In this document: one piece after another, positions 38,719 to 48,032 of the stretch
How positions within the stretch are numbered: position 1 is the stretch's first letter
Layout: each line of letters starts with the position of its first letter
Origin: Pseudobdellovibrionaceae bacterium
GTDB lineage: Bacteria > Bdellovibrionota > Bdellovibrionia > Bdellovibrionales > UBA1609
Length of the DNA stretch: 64,000 nt
Assembly: GCA_947444305.1 (NCBI GenBank)
Contig: CANEZP010000001.1
Coordinates: 18,151-82,150 of the forward strand
Direction: 5' to 3'
The notes under the pieces: model-generated
Told to the model about the DNA's origin: nothing
Seen by the model: the letters and a program-made list of their open reading frames with translations, nothing else
Database searches by the model: none
Position numbers and translations under genes: made by a program

Positions 38719-39837
38719 CTACTCAATGATGTGGGAACGATCACGGTTCATCAACAACGCCGCGAGCGCGCCGATCAGCGCCCCGCCGATGTGCGCCGCG
38801 TGGGCGATGCCGCCCAAGGCCGGGCTTCGCTGCAACAGCCAGATCATAATGACTTCCCAGCCGATCTTTAAAACAAAAAGCACCTTCGCCGAGAAACGCA
38901 GCCAGTGCGGTCGGAAAAAGAAAAGGTAAAGCACGCCGACCTTCGTGTGCGGGAAGCGCAGCATGTAATAAGCGAGAATACCGAACACGCCGGCGCTCGC
39001 GCCGACCACCGGGACATTGCTCGCGCCCGTAAAAGACCATTGCAGCGCGAGGCCCGCGAAGTGGGAAGCGAACAACAACAGCAAAAATGGAAGCGAACCG
39101 ATGTCATCCTCGACGTCATCGCCGAAGACGGTCAGGAAATACATATTGCCGATCAAATGAAAAATCCCGGCGTGCATGAAGAAGGAAGTAAACCAAGTCA
39201 GCCCCGAAAAGCGCCACGGCAATTCGGGCACGAAGCCGAAGGTGTTAATCGCCGTCGCCGAATTATGAGTTAAAACGAAGGCCGCGACGCCCATGAAAAC
39301 CACGAGCCAAGTCAGCAGCGGATAATCGCGCAGCGCGGGCCGGTTCATTTCAACGGGCAGGCCCGCGATCGCCGGCAACCATTTCCAACTTTCCTCGGGT
39401 CCGGTTTGCGAAATGAATTCGGCTTCGACCGGCCGCTGAGATTCCGCGGTAAGCTCGGTCAGGGCAATCGCGTACTCGCGCATCTGTTGCGGGGTTTTCT
39501 GAACTTTTTTGCGTGATTCTTTGAGCTTCGAAAAATCGACGATCTCGCCTTGATCCAACCACAAGATGTGACACGTACGGCAGACATCAACCTCGACGGG
39601 GACGTCCGTGCCGTGTATCACCGGCCGCAAACTTAAGCTGCAACTTGGGCAGGGGCGGCCTTCGGCTTTGGCGTGACCGCTCTGCAACCATAAATTGCGC
39701 ACGTTCGGTTCGCCGATCAACTTCTTCAGCGCCGACATGCCAACCATGTGACCGGAGCAATTGGTGCAACCCCAATAAACTTTGTCGTCGACCTGCTGCT
39801 TTTTAAGCTTAAGAACGCACTCCGGGCATTGATACAT
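38719..39837 (-). CDS. rhomboid-family intramembrane serine protease with two N-terminal zinc ribbons
   Basis: 372 aa. Zinc ribbons: CPEC..CTNC and CPSC..CRTC. Rhomboid core: HAGIFHLIGNMYFL, GASAGVFG, AHIGGALIG. Confidence 0.88.
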   Translation of the reverse strand: MYQCPECVLKLKKQQVDDKVYWGCTNCSGHMVGMSALKKLIGEPNVRNLWLQSGHAKAEGRPCPSCSLSLRPVIHGTDVPVEVDVCRTCHILWLDQGEIVDFSKLKESRKKVQKTPQQMREYAIALTELTAESQRPVEAEFISQTGPEESWKWLPAIAGLPVEMNRPALRDYPLLTWLVVFMGVAAFVLTHNSATAINTFGFVPELPWRFSGLTWFTSFFMHAGIFHLIGNMYFLTVFGDDVEDDIGSLPFLLLLFASHFAGLALQWSFTGASNVPVVGASAGVFGILAYYMLRFPHTKVGVLYLFFFRPHWLRFSAKVLFVLKIGWEVIMIWLLQRSPALGGIAHAAHIGGALIGALAALLMNRDRSHIIE

Positions 39838-39904
39838 GAGAATATTGAAGCACGGCAGGAGGGAGGGCGCAACCGGCGCAATGAACCGGTCGCGCTTGAT
39901 CAGA

Positions 39905-41359
39905 CTACCTTACGTAAAGAACGCCGGCCCGGCCCGTGGGCACGAAGTCGCCGGTGGAAGGAATGCCTTTTTGGATTCGCCCGGTCACGTTGAGATTCGA
40001 CCAACCCCCGACTTCACGGCCCGACGAATCTTTGGTGATTCGGAAGGGGCAATTCGCGTTATCCGATTGCGGAAAGACGCTGGCGCCGAAGGGTTTAGCG
40101 TCACGGGGCTTAACGTAAACCTGATCCATGCTGATCGGATAGGCTTGGCAATTATGGGCGACCCAAATCAGTTGACCGCCCGAATCCGAAGTCTGCGCGC
40201 CTAAAGTTTGCACATTGACGTTCGAAAGGATCGCCTTCCCGATGGGGCCGCGGTCGATCGGAATCTGAAAACCTTGATAGTAGCTGGATCCGGTAAAATT
40301 ATGAATGCGCAGTTCTTTTACGCCGCCGAAAGGTTGCACGAGATCGGCGTGCCAAGTCGAATTCTTACCCATAATTCCATCGACGCGGAAGTTTTGAATT
40401 TGGACCGTAGCCAAGGGCGCGTTGATCGCGATCGCATCACTCTCACCGCCGCCGGAGGCGTCGACCAAGATGCCTTCGATGTGGACGGTGCCCGTACTTT
40501 TCGCGACGTAAATCGCGCGCTGGTTCACGCCACCGAGGCCGTTCGCCGATTTAGGAATCGTGATGTGTCCACCGACCACCACGATGTTGTGTCCGCCGAC
40601 GAGAGCGAGACCACCCGTTTTTTTGTATGGCGGCAGCTTAATGACATAATCTTTGGCCGTATCTAAATTCAATAAACTCAAACCATTCCCGACTTCAATG
40701 GTGGTGGGATTCACCAGCGCGGGCGGTGCGTAGCGAAGGGTGGTTGAAGCGACGGGCGTGGGCGCAGGTACGGGGGTCGGGGTAGGCACCGGGACCGGGA
40801 CCGGGTTCGCCGGTTCAACGGGATTTACGGGCGTAGCTAATTCCGCAAACCGAACAGCTCTGGCTTCCAAGGTCGAACCGAGCCGGCCGGCTTTCGAAAC
40901 ATACAGGCGCACGTGCTCCGCTTTTAAAGGAACGACGAAGTCGATGTTTAGCGGCGCAAAATCCGCGGAAGAAATTTTTATTTTTTGATCACCGAGCATA
41001 TTCCAGTTCATATCAAAGAACTGAACGCCCATGACCGCGGTCTCGGAGCTGTTGTCGGTTTTGCCTTCGGCGCTCGCGCGGTAAGATTTCCCTGCACGAA
41101 CTTGGCCGGTGATTTCATTACGAGCCAGTCCTGAAGGACCGGCTATTCTTACGACGACGTCGTCGGTCCCCTCCATTACGGAAACGTTCGCGGAGCCCGT
41201 TTGGTACCAACCGGTGACTTTTTCTTCGACTGAATTGGGCGAGACGACCGAACTGACTTCCCGCTGCTGCTGGACGGACATTTTTCCGCAGGCCGAGAGA
41301 GTGAGTAAGGGGATTAACAAAAAACTTTTCGAGAATCTAAACGTGCTGCTGGTGTTCAT
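39905..41359 (-). CDS. lipoprotein: CBM-like N-domain, Pro/Thr/Val linker, parallel beta-helix-like C-domain (putative polysaccharide-active enzyme)
   Basis: ATG 41359 is preceded by AAGGAG. MNTSSTFRFSKSFLLIPLLTLSAC contains a lipobox. The linker is PVNPVEPANPVPVPVPTPTPVPAPTPV. The C-terminus has repetitive V/I-x-G strands. Confidence 0.72.
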   Translation of the reverse strand: MNTSSTFRFSKSFLLIPLLTLSACGKMSVQQQREVSSVVSPNSVEEKVTGWYQTGSANVSVMEGTDDVVVRIAGPSGLARNEITGQVRAGKSYRASAEGKTDNSSETAVMGVQFFDMNWNMLGDQKIKISSADFAPLNIDFVVPLKAEHVRLYVSKAGRLGSTLEARAVRFAELATPVNPVEPANPVPVPVPTPTPVPAPTPVASTTLRYAPPALVNPTTIEVGNGLSLLNLDTAKDYVIKLPPYKKTGGLALVGGHNIVVVGGHITIPKSANGLGGVNQRAIYVAKSTGTVHIEGILVDASGGGESDAIAINAPLATVQIQNFRVDGIMGKNSTWHADLVQPFGGVKELRIHNFTGSSYYQGFQIPIDRGPIGKAILSNVNVQTLGAQTSDSGGQLIWVAHNCQAYPISMDQVYVKPRDAKPFGASVFPQSDNANCPFRITKDSSGREVGGWSNLNVTGRIQKGIPSTGDFVPTGRAGVLYVR

Positions 41360-41460
41360 TTTTTTCTCCTTCGTTGTTATGTCCTCATCATGAAGGGACC
41401 GAAGGATTGGTTCGAATAACAAATTTGGTGAGATCGGCGAGCCGTTTCAGTTTGGGAATG

Positions 41461-42954
41461 CTAAGCCGCGGTGGCGGCGGCGGTGAGTACGTAAACCGTG
41501 GCGGGCCCTTTGCCGAGCTTATTGGCCTGCCCGGCGCCGATGGCCCAGGCGAGAAAACGCTGTGAGCTTCCCGCCGATAAACCGAGCAAAGCTCTGACTT
41601 CGGTATTCGTGAAAGGCCGCGTACCGAATTGAGATTGAATTCGGGAAATAAAAAACTCTTCGTTTGAAGGTTTCCTTCTGTCTAACGAGACGCGCACGAA
41701 GAGTTCACCCAATTTGGCCGAGTAGCGGCCGTCTTCTTCGGCGATCGTTAACGGGAGCCCGGCGGCGTTCAATATGCGTCGTGCGCGGTAAACTAACTGC
41801 CGGACCCGCTGGGGCGATGAAAAAACATCGAAATATTCATCGGGAAACATTTCACCGAAAATAGAACCGGTCCGAACGGGGCTATACAAATCACGCAGGA
41901 GAAACTCGAGCAACTGGTGAGTCTTCTGACCCCGCCCGGGTAAAACCGTGGCGTCGTTTGTGCGCATTGAGCGGTCGATCATCCCGGAAGCGAGATCAAA
42001 GATGGGCGCGGCCGGGCCGGCTTCACCGATGGTGGAGAGGCGAGTGCGGGGAGCGTGCCCGGTTTCCTGCTCGATTCGGCGCCGGTAGGATTCGTAGGGC
42101 GTACCGAAGTAAAGACGGTCAAATATTTTTTCATCGTAAGTAATTTTGAGCGCGTAAAGATCGCATTCTCGTACACTTTCCCAGTCTTTTCGTCGGAGAG
42201 CTTCGACGCGAAATGCTTCGATCGGGGATAAAGACCGGGACTCGAGCGCCGACAGAAACGCTTGCCATTTCGAAACGTGAAGGCTGTCTCGGGTTGGGCC
42301 GGCGCTAAGAATAAGTTCGCTTTCGTTTAAGTTAAACCGGGCGGCGGAGTAATCGCCCTGCGCGATACAGCACTGGGCCCGTAATTCCAAACAATTCGCG
42401 CGAAGCCTCAAGGCACCGGCGGCGGCGGCTCGTTCAGTCGCCATTGCCAATTGCTCAAGCGCTTCGGCGTACTCGCCCGTCGCGATCAACGCGGCCGATA
42501 GATTGACGCGCGCGATGAGCCGCGTGTATTCGTTCGGCGCCAGTTTCAGGTAGCGTTTTAGAAACGGAACGGCCGTTGAGTATTCCCAACGGCTGAAATG
42601 GCAACTAAACTTTCCGAATAGCGATTCGGGATGGGCATCCGAATCTATCGTAGAGAGAAGGTCCATCGCTTCCGACGTGGCGCCACTTCGCTCAAGCAAA
42701 ATAGCGTACTCGATAAGTTCATCCGCGTGAGCGGGCCGGACGGTAAGCTCGATCACGGGCCGGACGATCGGATTGAGCAGTCTTAAACCTAAATTGATTA
42801 GGCGTGTACGGCGTGCGAGGTTCGCCAGCGGCATTCGCCATTCGCGGGGCACTTGATTTGGAACAACCGTCTTTAGAAGTGCCGCGGCACTTTTGATTTG
42901 GCCCGAGCGGATTTGCCGCTCGGCTTGCTGGTGAAGAGACTTCCAATCATTCAT
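41461..42954 (-). CDS. TPR-containing regulator with winged-helix (OmpR/SARP-like) DNA-binding segment
   Basis: 497 aa, with TPR-like helices in the N-terminal half. KTHQLLEFLLRDLYSPVRTGSIFGEMFPDEYFDVFSSPQRVRQLVYRARRIL resembles a trans_reg_C wing. Confidence 0.68.
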   Translation of the reverse strand: MNDWKSLHQQAERQIRSGQIKSAAALLKTVVPNQVPREWRMPLANLARRTRLINLGLRLLNPIVRPVIELTVRPAHADELIEYAILLERSGATSEAMDLLSTIDSDAHPESLFGKFSCHFSRWEYSTAVPFLKRYLKLAPNEYTRLIARVNLSAALIATGEYAEALEQLAMATERAAAAGALRLRANCLELRAQCCIAQGDYSAARFNLNESELILSAGPTRDSLHVSKWQAFLSALESRSLSPIEAFRVEALRRKDWESVRECDLYALKITYDEKIFDRLYFGTPYESYRRRIEQETGHAPRTRLSTIGEAGPAAPIFDLASGMIDRSMRTNDATVLPGRGQKTHQLLEFLLRDLYSPVRTGSIFGEMFPDEYFDVFSSPQRVRQLVYRARRILNAAGLPLTIAEEDGRYSAKLGELFVRVSLDRRKPSNEEFFISRIQSQFGTRPFTNTEVRALLGLSAGSSQRFLAWAIGAGQANKLGKGPATVYVLTAAATAA

Positions 42955-43763
42955 GAACCGGGATAGCAGGTGATCGCTATTCTCTGCGCGGGCGGAGCCT
43001 GAATCGAAGGTAAGGTCGCGACCGGGGCTTGTAAATTACCCGCATCGGCCGGCGAGAATTCCATCACCCCGGTTTGACCGTCGGTCTTCACAAAAACTTT
43101 TACGCGCCATTTCTTGCCGTCTTGCCAGACGGTGGCGACGTAGACATCGTAGACCCCTGTCCCGGAGCGGTAATATCTCAATTCGACATCAACCATGGCG
43201 ATGGGCGTGGCGACCGAGTTTCGGTCTTTGTCGTAGTAACCGATTTTCAGTTGCGCCGTAAACGGCTGGACGGAGTTTGCGACTTTGGCCGGCCGGATCA
43301 CCGTGTCGGCGACGACCATATATTTTCCTTCAATAAATTCCCGCTGCTGCGATCCACGGCAAAGTCTCGAGGTGAATTGAAGTTCAGGCCGGTCTTGATC
43401 GAGCACGTGCCCGTCTAAAATCGCGTTGCTTAGGTTGTGCCCCATAAGGTTTAGCGATCCGAAGTCGATCGCGATGGGCTTTACGTCCGCGCAGTTTTTT
43501 CGCGTCATCCAGGCCGCGCCTTGATCATCAATTTCGACCACCGTTTTGGTGGCGGCGCCGTCCGCGCAGACGTTCGCTTCAGCGCTGCGAGCAACGTAGC
43601 GCATCTTTCCGTCGTAGGAGGTGCCGTTTCCCGAGGCCTTAACTTCTTGAGAGGCTGAATCTTTTGAATTTAATCCGGCATATGTGCAATGCGTAGAGCA
43701 AACTGCAGTAAGGAAAAGTATCAAGGCGTCAGCGAAGCGGTTTCTCAAAGTTTTGCTAAACAT
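42951..43763 (-). CDS. secreted or lipoprotein-like hypothetical protein
   Basis: 270 aa, with a hydrophobic leader (ALILFLTAVCSTHC). The stop overlaps the regulator start (ATGA). Confidence 0.65.
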   Translation of the reverse strand: MFSKTLRNRFADALILFLTAVCSTHCTYAGLNSKDSASQEVKASGNGTSYDGKMRYVARSAEANVCADGAATKTVVEIDDQGAAWMTRKNCADVKPIAIDFGSLNLMGHNLSNAILDGHVLDQDRPELQFTSRLCRGSQQREFIEGKYMVVADTVIRPAKVANSVQPFTAQLKIGYYDKDRNSVATPIAMVDVELRYYRSGTGVYDVYVATVWQDGKKWRVKVFVKTDGQTGVMEFSPADAGNLQAPVATLPSIQAPPAQRIAITCYPGS

Positions 43764-44134
43764 ATCTTATTATCGGCTAAGACCGCGGTTAATCCCCAAA
43801 AAGCGCGTCGTGTTCTAATATGAACCGGTATCGTCGGATAAAACGGCCCTCGGCAACTTTTGTTTCAACTATCGTCGAAAGTTCCGACAAAATGCGCATG
43901 GCGGTGGGTCTTAAACCCGGTTGTAAGTCGGCAGCGGCGCTCATACACTAAGGACCTCTATTCACCGGCCAGGGGCACGTTATCGCAAATGACAAAGACC
44001 ATCCTTCAAATAAATTTCGGGGTAATACGGATCAGAGTCTGAAAGATGAGCGAGGTAAGACCGATGCCTACCTCTTAAAGAAGAGTAACGCCGTCACGAA
44101 AGAGGCCGAGGACGCCATTCAAAGTAACCGGGTT

Positions 44135-45118
44135 TTGGCCGATGAAAAACGGCAAAGCACCGGGGGCGGAGAACCGAAGGCCACGGGCGAACGCGAGCGT
44201 TCGGATACGGCCTTAAACCTACAACGAAAAGTCGAAGACACGGTACGCACCAAAGAGCGATTTCAGCGAAGGCTTATTGCGGAAGCGCTACTCGATCATG
44301 AGCGTAAAGAAACAGACCTGCATCTGCTTGATGAACGGGCGGACATCGACCTCCGAACCGAATTGAATCTTGCGTTGCTTACCGATGAGAAATCGTCGCA
44401 TGACCAGACAAAAACGGCCTTGGTGTCGCGCAATCAATTTCTGGCCGTCGTCAGCCACGATCTTAGGAACCCGCTCAGTAGCATTTCGATGAGCGCGGCG
44501 CTTATGCGCGAATGCTTGGATGAAACCGGTGGCGACTTCAAAGAACCCTTCAAATATCTGGAGATCATCGAAAGAAACGCCGCGAACATGGAGCGGATGG
44601 TCAGTGATTTGTTAGACGTTGAGCGCATATCTAACGGAAATCTGAAAGTGCAGCCCACAATGGGTAACGTGAATGAGTTGTTGGACGAATGCCTAAATCT
44701 GTTTAAGCCGATTTTGGAAACAAAAAAGTTCACCATGACGGTCCGCCGGCCGGAGCAAAAAGTTTTGGCCTCTTTCGATCACGACCGCATTCTGCAAGTC
44801 CTTTCAAATCTCATCGCGAACGCGATTAAGTTCACCCCAAAAAACGGGAAGATCGTGCTGTCCGCAGATGAAAAAGATAACGCCGTCGAAATCTCCGTTG
44901 CGGATAACGGTCCGGGTATTCCGGCCGGAAAATTAGCGCAGATCTTTGACCGTTTCTCACAGCTTGTTTCGAACGACCGCCGCGGTTTAGGTTTGGGACT
45001 ATTTATTTCGAAATGGATCGTCGAGGCGCATGGCGGAAAGATCTGGGCAACTTCCCGCGCCGACGAAGGAAGCCAGTTCCACTTCGTAATTCCGGCGAGT
45101 CAGGCCGTTAGCGTTTAA
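44135..45118 (+). CDS. soluble histidine kinase (coiled N-terminus, HisKA, HATPase_c); the true start is probably further upstream
   Basis: H-box FLAVVSHDLRNPL, N-box LSNLIANAIKFT and G-boxes DNGPGI / GLGLGLFISK. The first canonical start is TTG 44135. The frame is open and looks coding from 43952. Confidence 0.85.
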   Translation: MADEKRQSTGGGEPKATGERERSDTALNLQRKVEDTVRTKERFQRRLIAEALLDHERKETDLHLLDERADIDLRTELNLALLTDEKSSHDQTKTALVSRNQFLAVVSHDLRNPLSSISMSAALMRECLDETGGDFKEPFKYLEIIERNAANMERMVSDLLDVERISNGNLKVQPTMGNVNELLDECLNLFKPILETKKFTMTVRRPEQKVLASFDHDRILQVLSNLIANAIKFTPKNGKIVLSADEKDNAVEISVADNGPGIPAGKLAQIFDRFSQLVSNDRRGLGLGLFISKWIVEAHGGKIWATSRADEGSQFHFVIPASQAVSV

Positions 45119-45232
45119 GAGACGAAGGTCAGGTTGGTCCTTTACACCGTGCGAAGAAGCCGTCGCCGATGCGCGGCGTCTCGACGAACTTAAGCCGTAG
45201 TGTCACCTTGGCGTCAGTGCGGAGGGTGAGCT

Positions 45233-47485
45233 TTGAATATCGATACGGAAACCACCAACATCGTGATGGCGGCGCTAAACAACTGTGATCGGGAACCGAT
45301 TCACATTCCGGGCGCGATCCAGCCGCACGGAGTCTTATTCGTCCTAGATCCATCAACGTTTCAGATCCGTAACTGCTCGGAAAATGTCGGAGAATTTTTT
45401 GGGAAAGCGCCGCAACAGCTGGTCGGTTTTGACTTTCTCACGCTGATTCAAGAGCCCCAACGAATTCGTTTACAAAAAGCTTTATCGAATCGATCGGCCA
45501 AGCGATTCAGCACGCATCGGTTAAGGGTCCTCGGCGATGACGTAAACCACTTCGATTGCTCGGCGCACATTTTCAAGAATAACATCATCGTCGAATTGGA
45601 GCCGGCCACCCAGAGTGACGTCGGCGCGGTCGAGATGTTCGAGGCGGCACGCTCGTCGGCCGGGCGCATGCGCCAGTTAAAAAATATCGACGAAGCGAGC
45701 GCGCTGCTCGTGAACGAAGTAAGGGCCGTGACCGGCTTCGATCGCGTTGTTCTATACAAGTTCGATAATGATTGGAACGGGCACGTCATCGCCGAGGCGA
45801 AATCGGATACCGTCGAATCGTACCTCGACCTACATTTTCCGGCGACGGATATCCCGCAACAAGTCCGCAACCTCTTCGTGCTCAACCGCATGCGGCTCAT
45901 TCCCGAGGTGCATTTCAAACCGAGCCGGCTCTGGCCCGCCGAGGGCATCGACGGGTTGCCGATCGACCTTAGCCTCTCCGTCTTGCGGAACGTTTCGCCG
46001 ATTCACGTCGAGTACCTTAAAAATATGAAGGTCAACGCCTCCATGAGTTGCTCGATCATAAAAGACGGCAAGCTCTGGGGCTTGGTTTCCTGCGTGCACG
46101 AGGCCGGCACGAAGCGCGTCGACTCGAACGTCAGATTTTTCGTCGACTACCTTTCGGAGGCTTACGCCAGTCTACTTTTTTTATCCGAAAGTGAGAACGA
46201 CCTCGTTACGCGAGCCGAATTGACCGAAGCGCAAAGCGATCTCATTTCAAAAATGAGCGATTCAGAAATCTTCATGGACGGGTTGATTCATAATCCGGCG
46301 CTTTACCTGCGCCTCGGCGGCGCGACCTCCGGCGCCGTTTTAATGGACGGGATGTGGTACCCGATCGGCGATGCGCCCGGAATGGACCAACTCAACCTGA
46401 TCCGTGAAATAGTTGAGCCGCTGCTGTCCGAAGACGTTTTCACCACGTCCTCGTTATCAAAGATCGATCCACGCGCGATTGTTTTTAAAGACAAAGCCGC
46501 GGGCGTGGCGTGCTTCTCCACTTCGCGCGCGCAAACGACCTATTTCTTTTGGTTCCGGCCCGAGGTGATCCAAACGGTGAAGTGGGGCGGTAACCCGAAT
46601 AAACCCGTCGAAGTCGAGGCCGGCCAGCATGTTTTGCACCCGCGAAAATCCTTCGAGATCTGGAAGCAGAATGTTCAACATAATTCTTTTTCGTGGTCCG
46701 CGGAAACGGTGCGCGCAATCTCACGGTTTAAAGCGGGCATTATCCAACTCGTTATGGAGAAGATGGAGAAGATCAGCCAGCTCAATCTAGAGCTTGAGCG
46801 AAGCAACACCGAGCTGGATTCGTTTGCTTACGCGGCCTCGCACGACATGAAAGAACCGTTGCGCGGAATTCACAACTACGCGGCGCTGTTGTTGCAAAGT
46901 CCGGACGAAAAAATATCCGATGCCGGTAAGAGCCGGTTGGAGACCATTCTTAGGCTGACTCAACGGTCGGAAGATTTGATCAACAGCTTGTTGCACTACT
47001 CGCAGCTCGGGCGAACCGACATTCAACTGTCTTCGACTAGCCTCAACGAAGTTGCGAAAAAAGCCCTCGATTCATTGAGAAGCCGCATCGAAGAAGAACA
47101 GGCCGACGTGCAAATTTCGGATTTACCCGCGGTGCTCGGTGACGCGGTTCAACTCATCGAAGTGTTTACGAACCTAATGACCAACGGCTTGAAATATAAT
47201 TTGGCCGAGCATAAAGTGATCACCATAGGACCGACAAAAGTGGACGACGAAAACTTCGTCGGAATTTACGTGAAGGACAACGGCATCGGCATCGAAGAGA
47301 TTCACCAAAGCGCAGTGTTCAAAATTTTTAAAAGACTTCACGCCCGCAACAAATTCGGCGGCGGGTCCGGTACGGGTTTGACGATCGTTAAACGAATCGT
47401 CGAAAGGCACGGCGGCCGCGTTTGGGTTGATTCAAAACCGAAGGAAGGCACCACCTTCTTTTTCACCCTCCCAAGAGCGAAGTGA
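45233..47485 (+). CDS. bphP: bacteriophytochrome histidine kinase (PAS-GAF-PHY-HisKA-HATPase_c)
   Basis: 750 aa, TTG start. It has NNCDREPIHIPGAIQPHG (biliverdin-Cys context), FDRVVLYKFDNDWNGHVIAEA, FPATDIPQQ (DIP), SPIHVEYLKNM, HPRKSFEIWK (PRxSF tongue) and H-box FAYAASHDMKEPL. Confidence 0.95.
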   Translation: MNIDTETTNIVMAALNNCDREPIHIPGAIQPHGVLFVLDPSTFQIRNCSENVGEFFGKAPQQLVGFDFLTLIQEPQRIRLQKALSNRSAKRFSTHRLRVLGDDVNHFDCSAHIFKNNIIVELEPATQSDVGAVEMFEAARSSAGRMRQLKNIDEASALLVNEVRAVTGFDRVVLYKFDNDWNGHVIAEAKSDTVESYLDLHFPATDIPQQVRNLFVLNRMRLIPEVHFKPSRLWPAEGIDGLPIDLSLSVLRNVSPIHVEYLKNMKVNASMSCSIIKDGKLWGLVSCVHEAGTKRVDSNVRFFVDYLSEAYASLLFLSESENDLVTRAELTEAQSDLISKMSDSEIFMDGLIHNPALYLRLGGATSGAVLMDGMWYPIGDAPGMDQLNLIREIVEPLLSEDVFTTSSLSKIDPRAIVFKDKAAGVACFSTSRAQTTYFFWFRPEVIQTVKWGGNPNKPVEVEAGQHVLHPRKSFEIWKQNVQHNSFSWSAETVRAISRFKAGIIQLVMEKMEKISQLNLELERSNTELDSFAYAASHDMKEPLRGIHNYAALLLQSPDEKISDAGKSRLETILRLTQRSEDLINSLLHYSQLGRTDIQLSSTSLNEVAKKALDSLRSRIEEEQADVQISDLPAVLGDAVQLIEVFTNLMTNGLKYNLAEHKVITIGPTKVDDENFVGIYVKDNGIGIEEIHQSAVFKIFKRLHARNKFGGGSGTGLTIVKRIVERHGGRVWVDSKPKEGTTFFFTLPRAK

Positions 47486-47486
47486 A

Positions 47487-47918
47487 ATGGCCGAGGAGAC
47501 AATCCGGCCGATTTTAATCGTTGAGGACAGCGACGAAGATTTCGAGGTGCTCGAGATCATGTTCAAACGTAAAGACATCCGAAACCCGCTTTTCCGGCTC
47601 GCGGTCGGTGACGAGGTCCTGCCTTTTTTGCAGAACCTTAAAATGGAGCATAGAGCCTTGCCCGGCCTGATCATCCTGGATTTGAACATCATAGGCATCG
47701 ACGGCCGTGAGGTTCTTAAGAGAATAAAAGCAGACGATAGTCTGCGCACGATCCCGGTTGCGGTCTATTCGACGTCTTCAAGCGGGCGGGATGTCGAGGC
47801 TTGTTACAACAACGGGGCGAACAGTTATTCCGTTAAACCGGTGGACTTTTCCAAGCTCGAGGACTTCGTCGAGAGTATAAAGAAGTTTTGGCTTACCCAC
47901 GTTATTTTGCCTACGTAA
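47487..47918 (+). CDS. single-domain response regulator (phytochrome-associated type)
   Basis: The ATG lies 1 nt after the bphP stop. ILIVEDSDED, LIILDLNIIGIDG and YSVKP give the REC acidic pocket, the phospho-Asp and the conserved Lys. Confidence 0.92.
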   Translation: MAEETIRPILIVEDSDEDFEVLEIMFKRKDIRNPLFRLAVGDEVLPFLQNLKMEHRALPGLIILDLNIIGIDGREVLKRIKADDSLRTIPVAVYSTSSSGRDVEACYNNGANSYSVKPVDFSKLEDFVESIKKFWLTHVILPT

Positions 47919-48032
47919 GCAAATGCCGCGTCCCATCCTAAATATCTTGTCTATTTTCATCCGGGAAATTACGTAAGACACTCAATCCCGGGAGAAACTT
48001 GCCTGAGCCAGTCGCGTATATTACGGCACATT

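Noticed and set aside
43860-44042. 60-aa ORF upstream of the soluble histidine kinase
   Set aside because: Its peptide is implausible and it has no SD. Its 3' part (ATG 43989) is kept only as one explanation for the kinase start problem.
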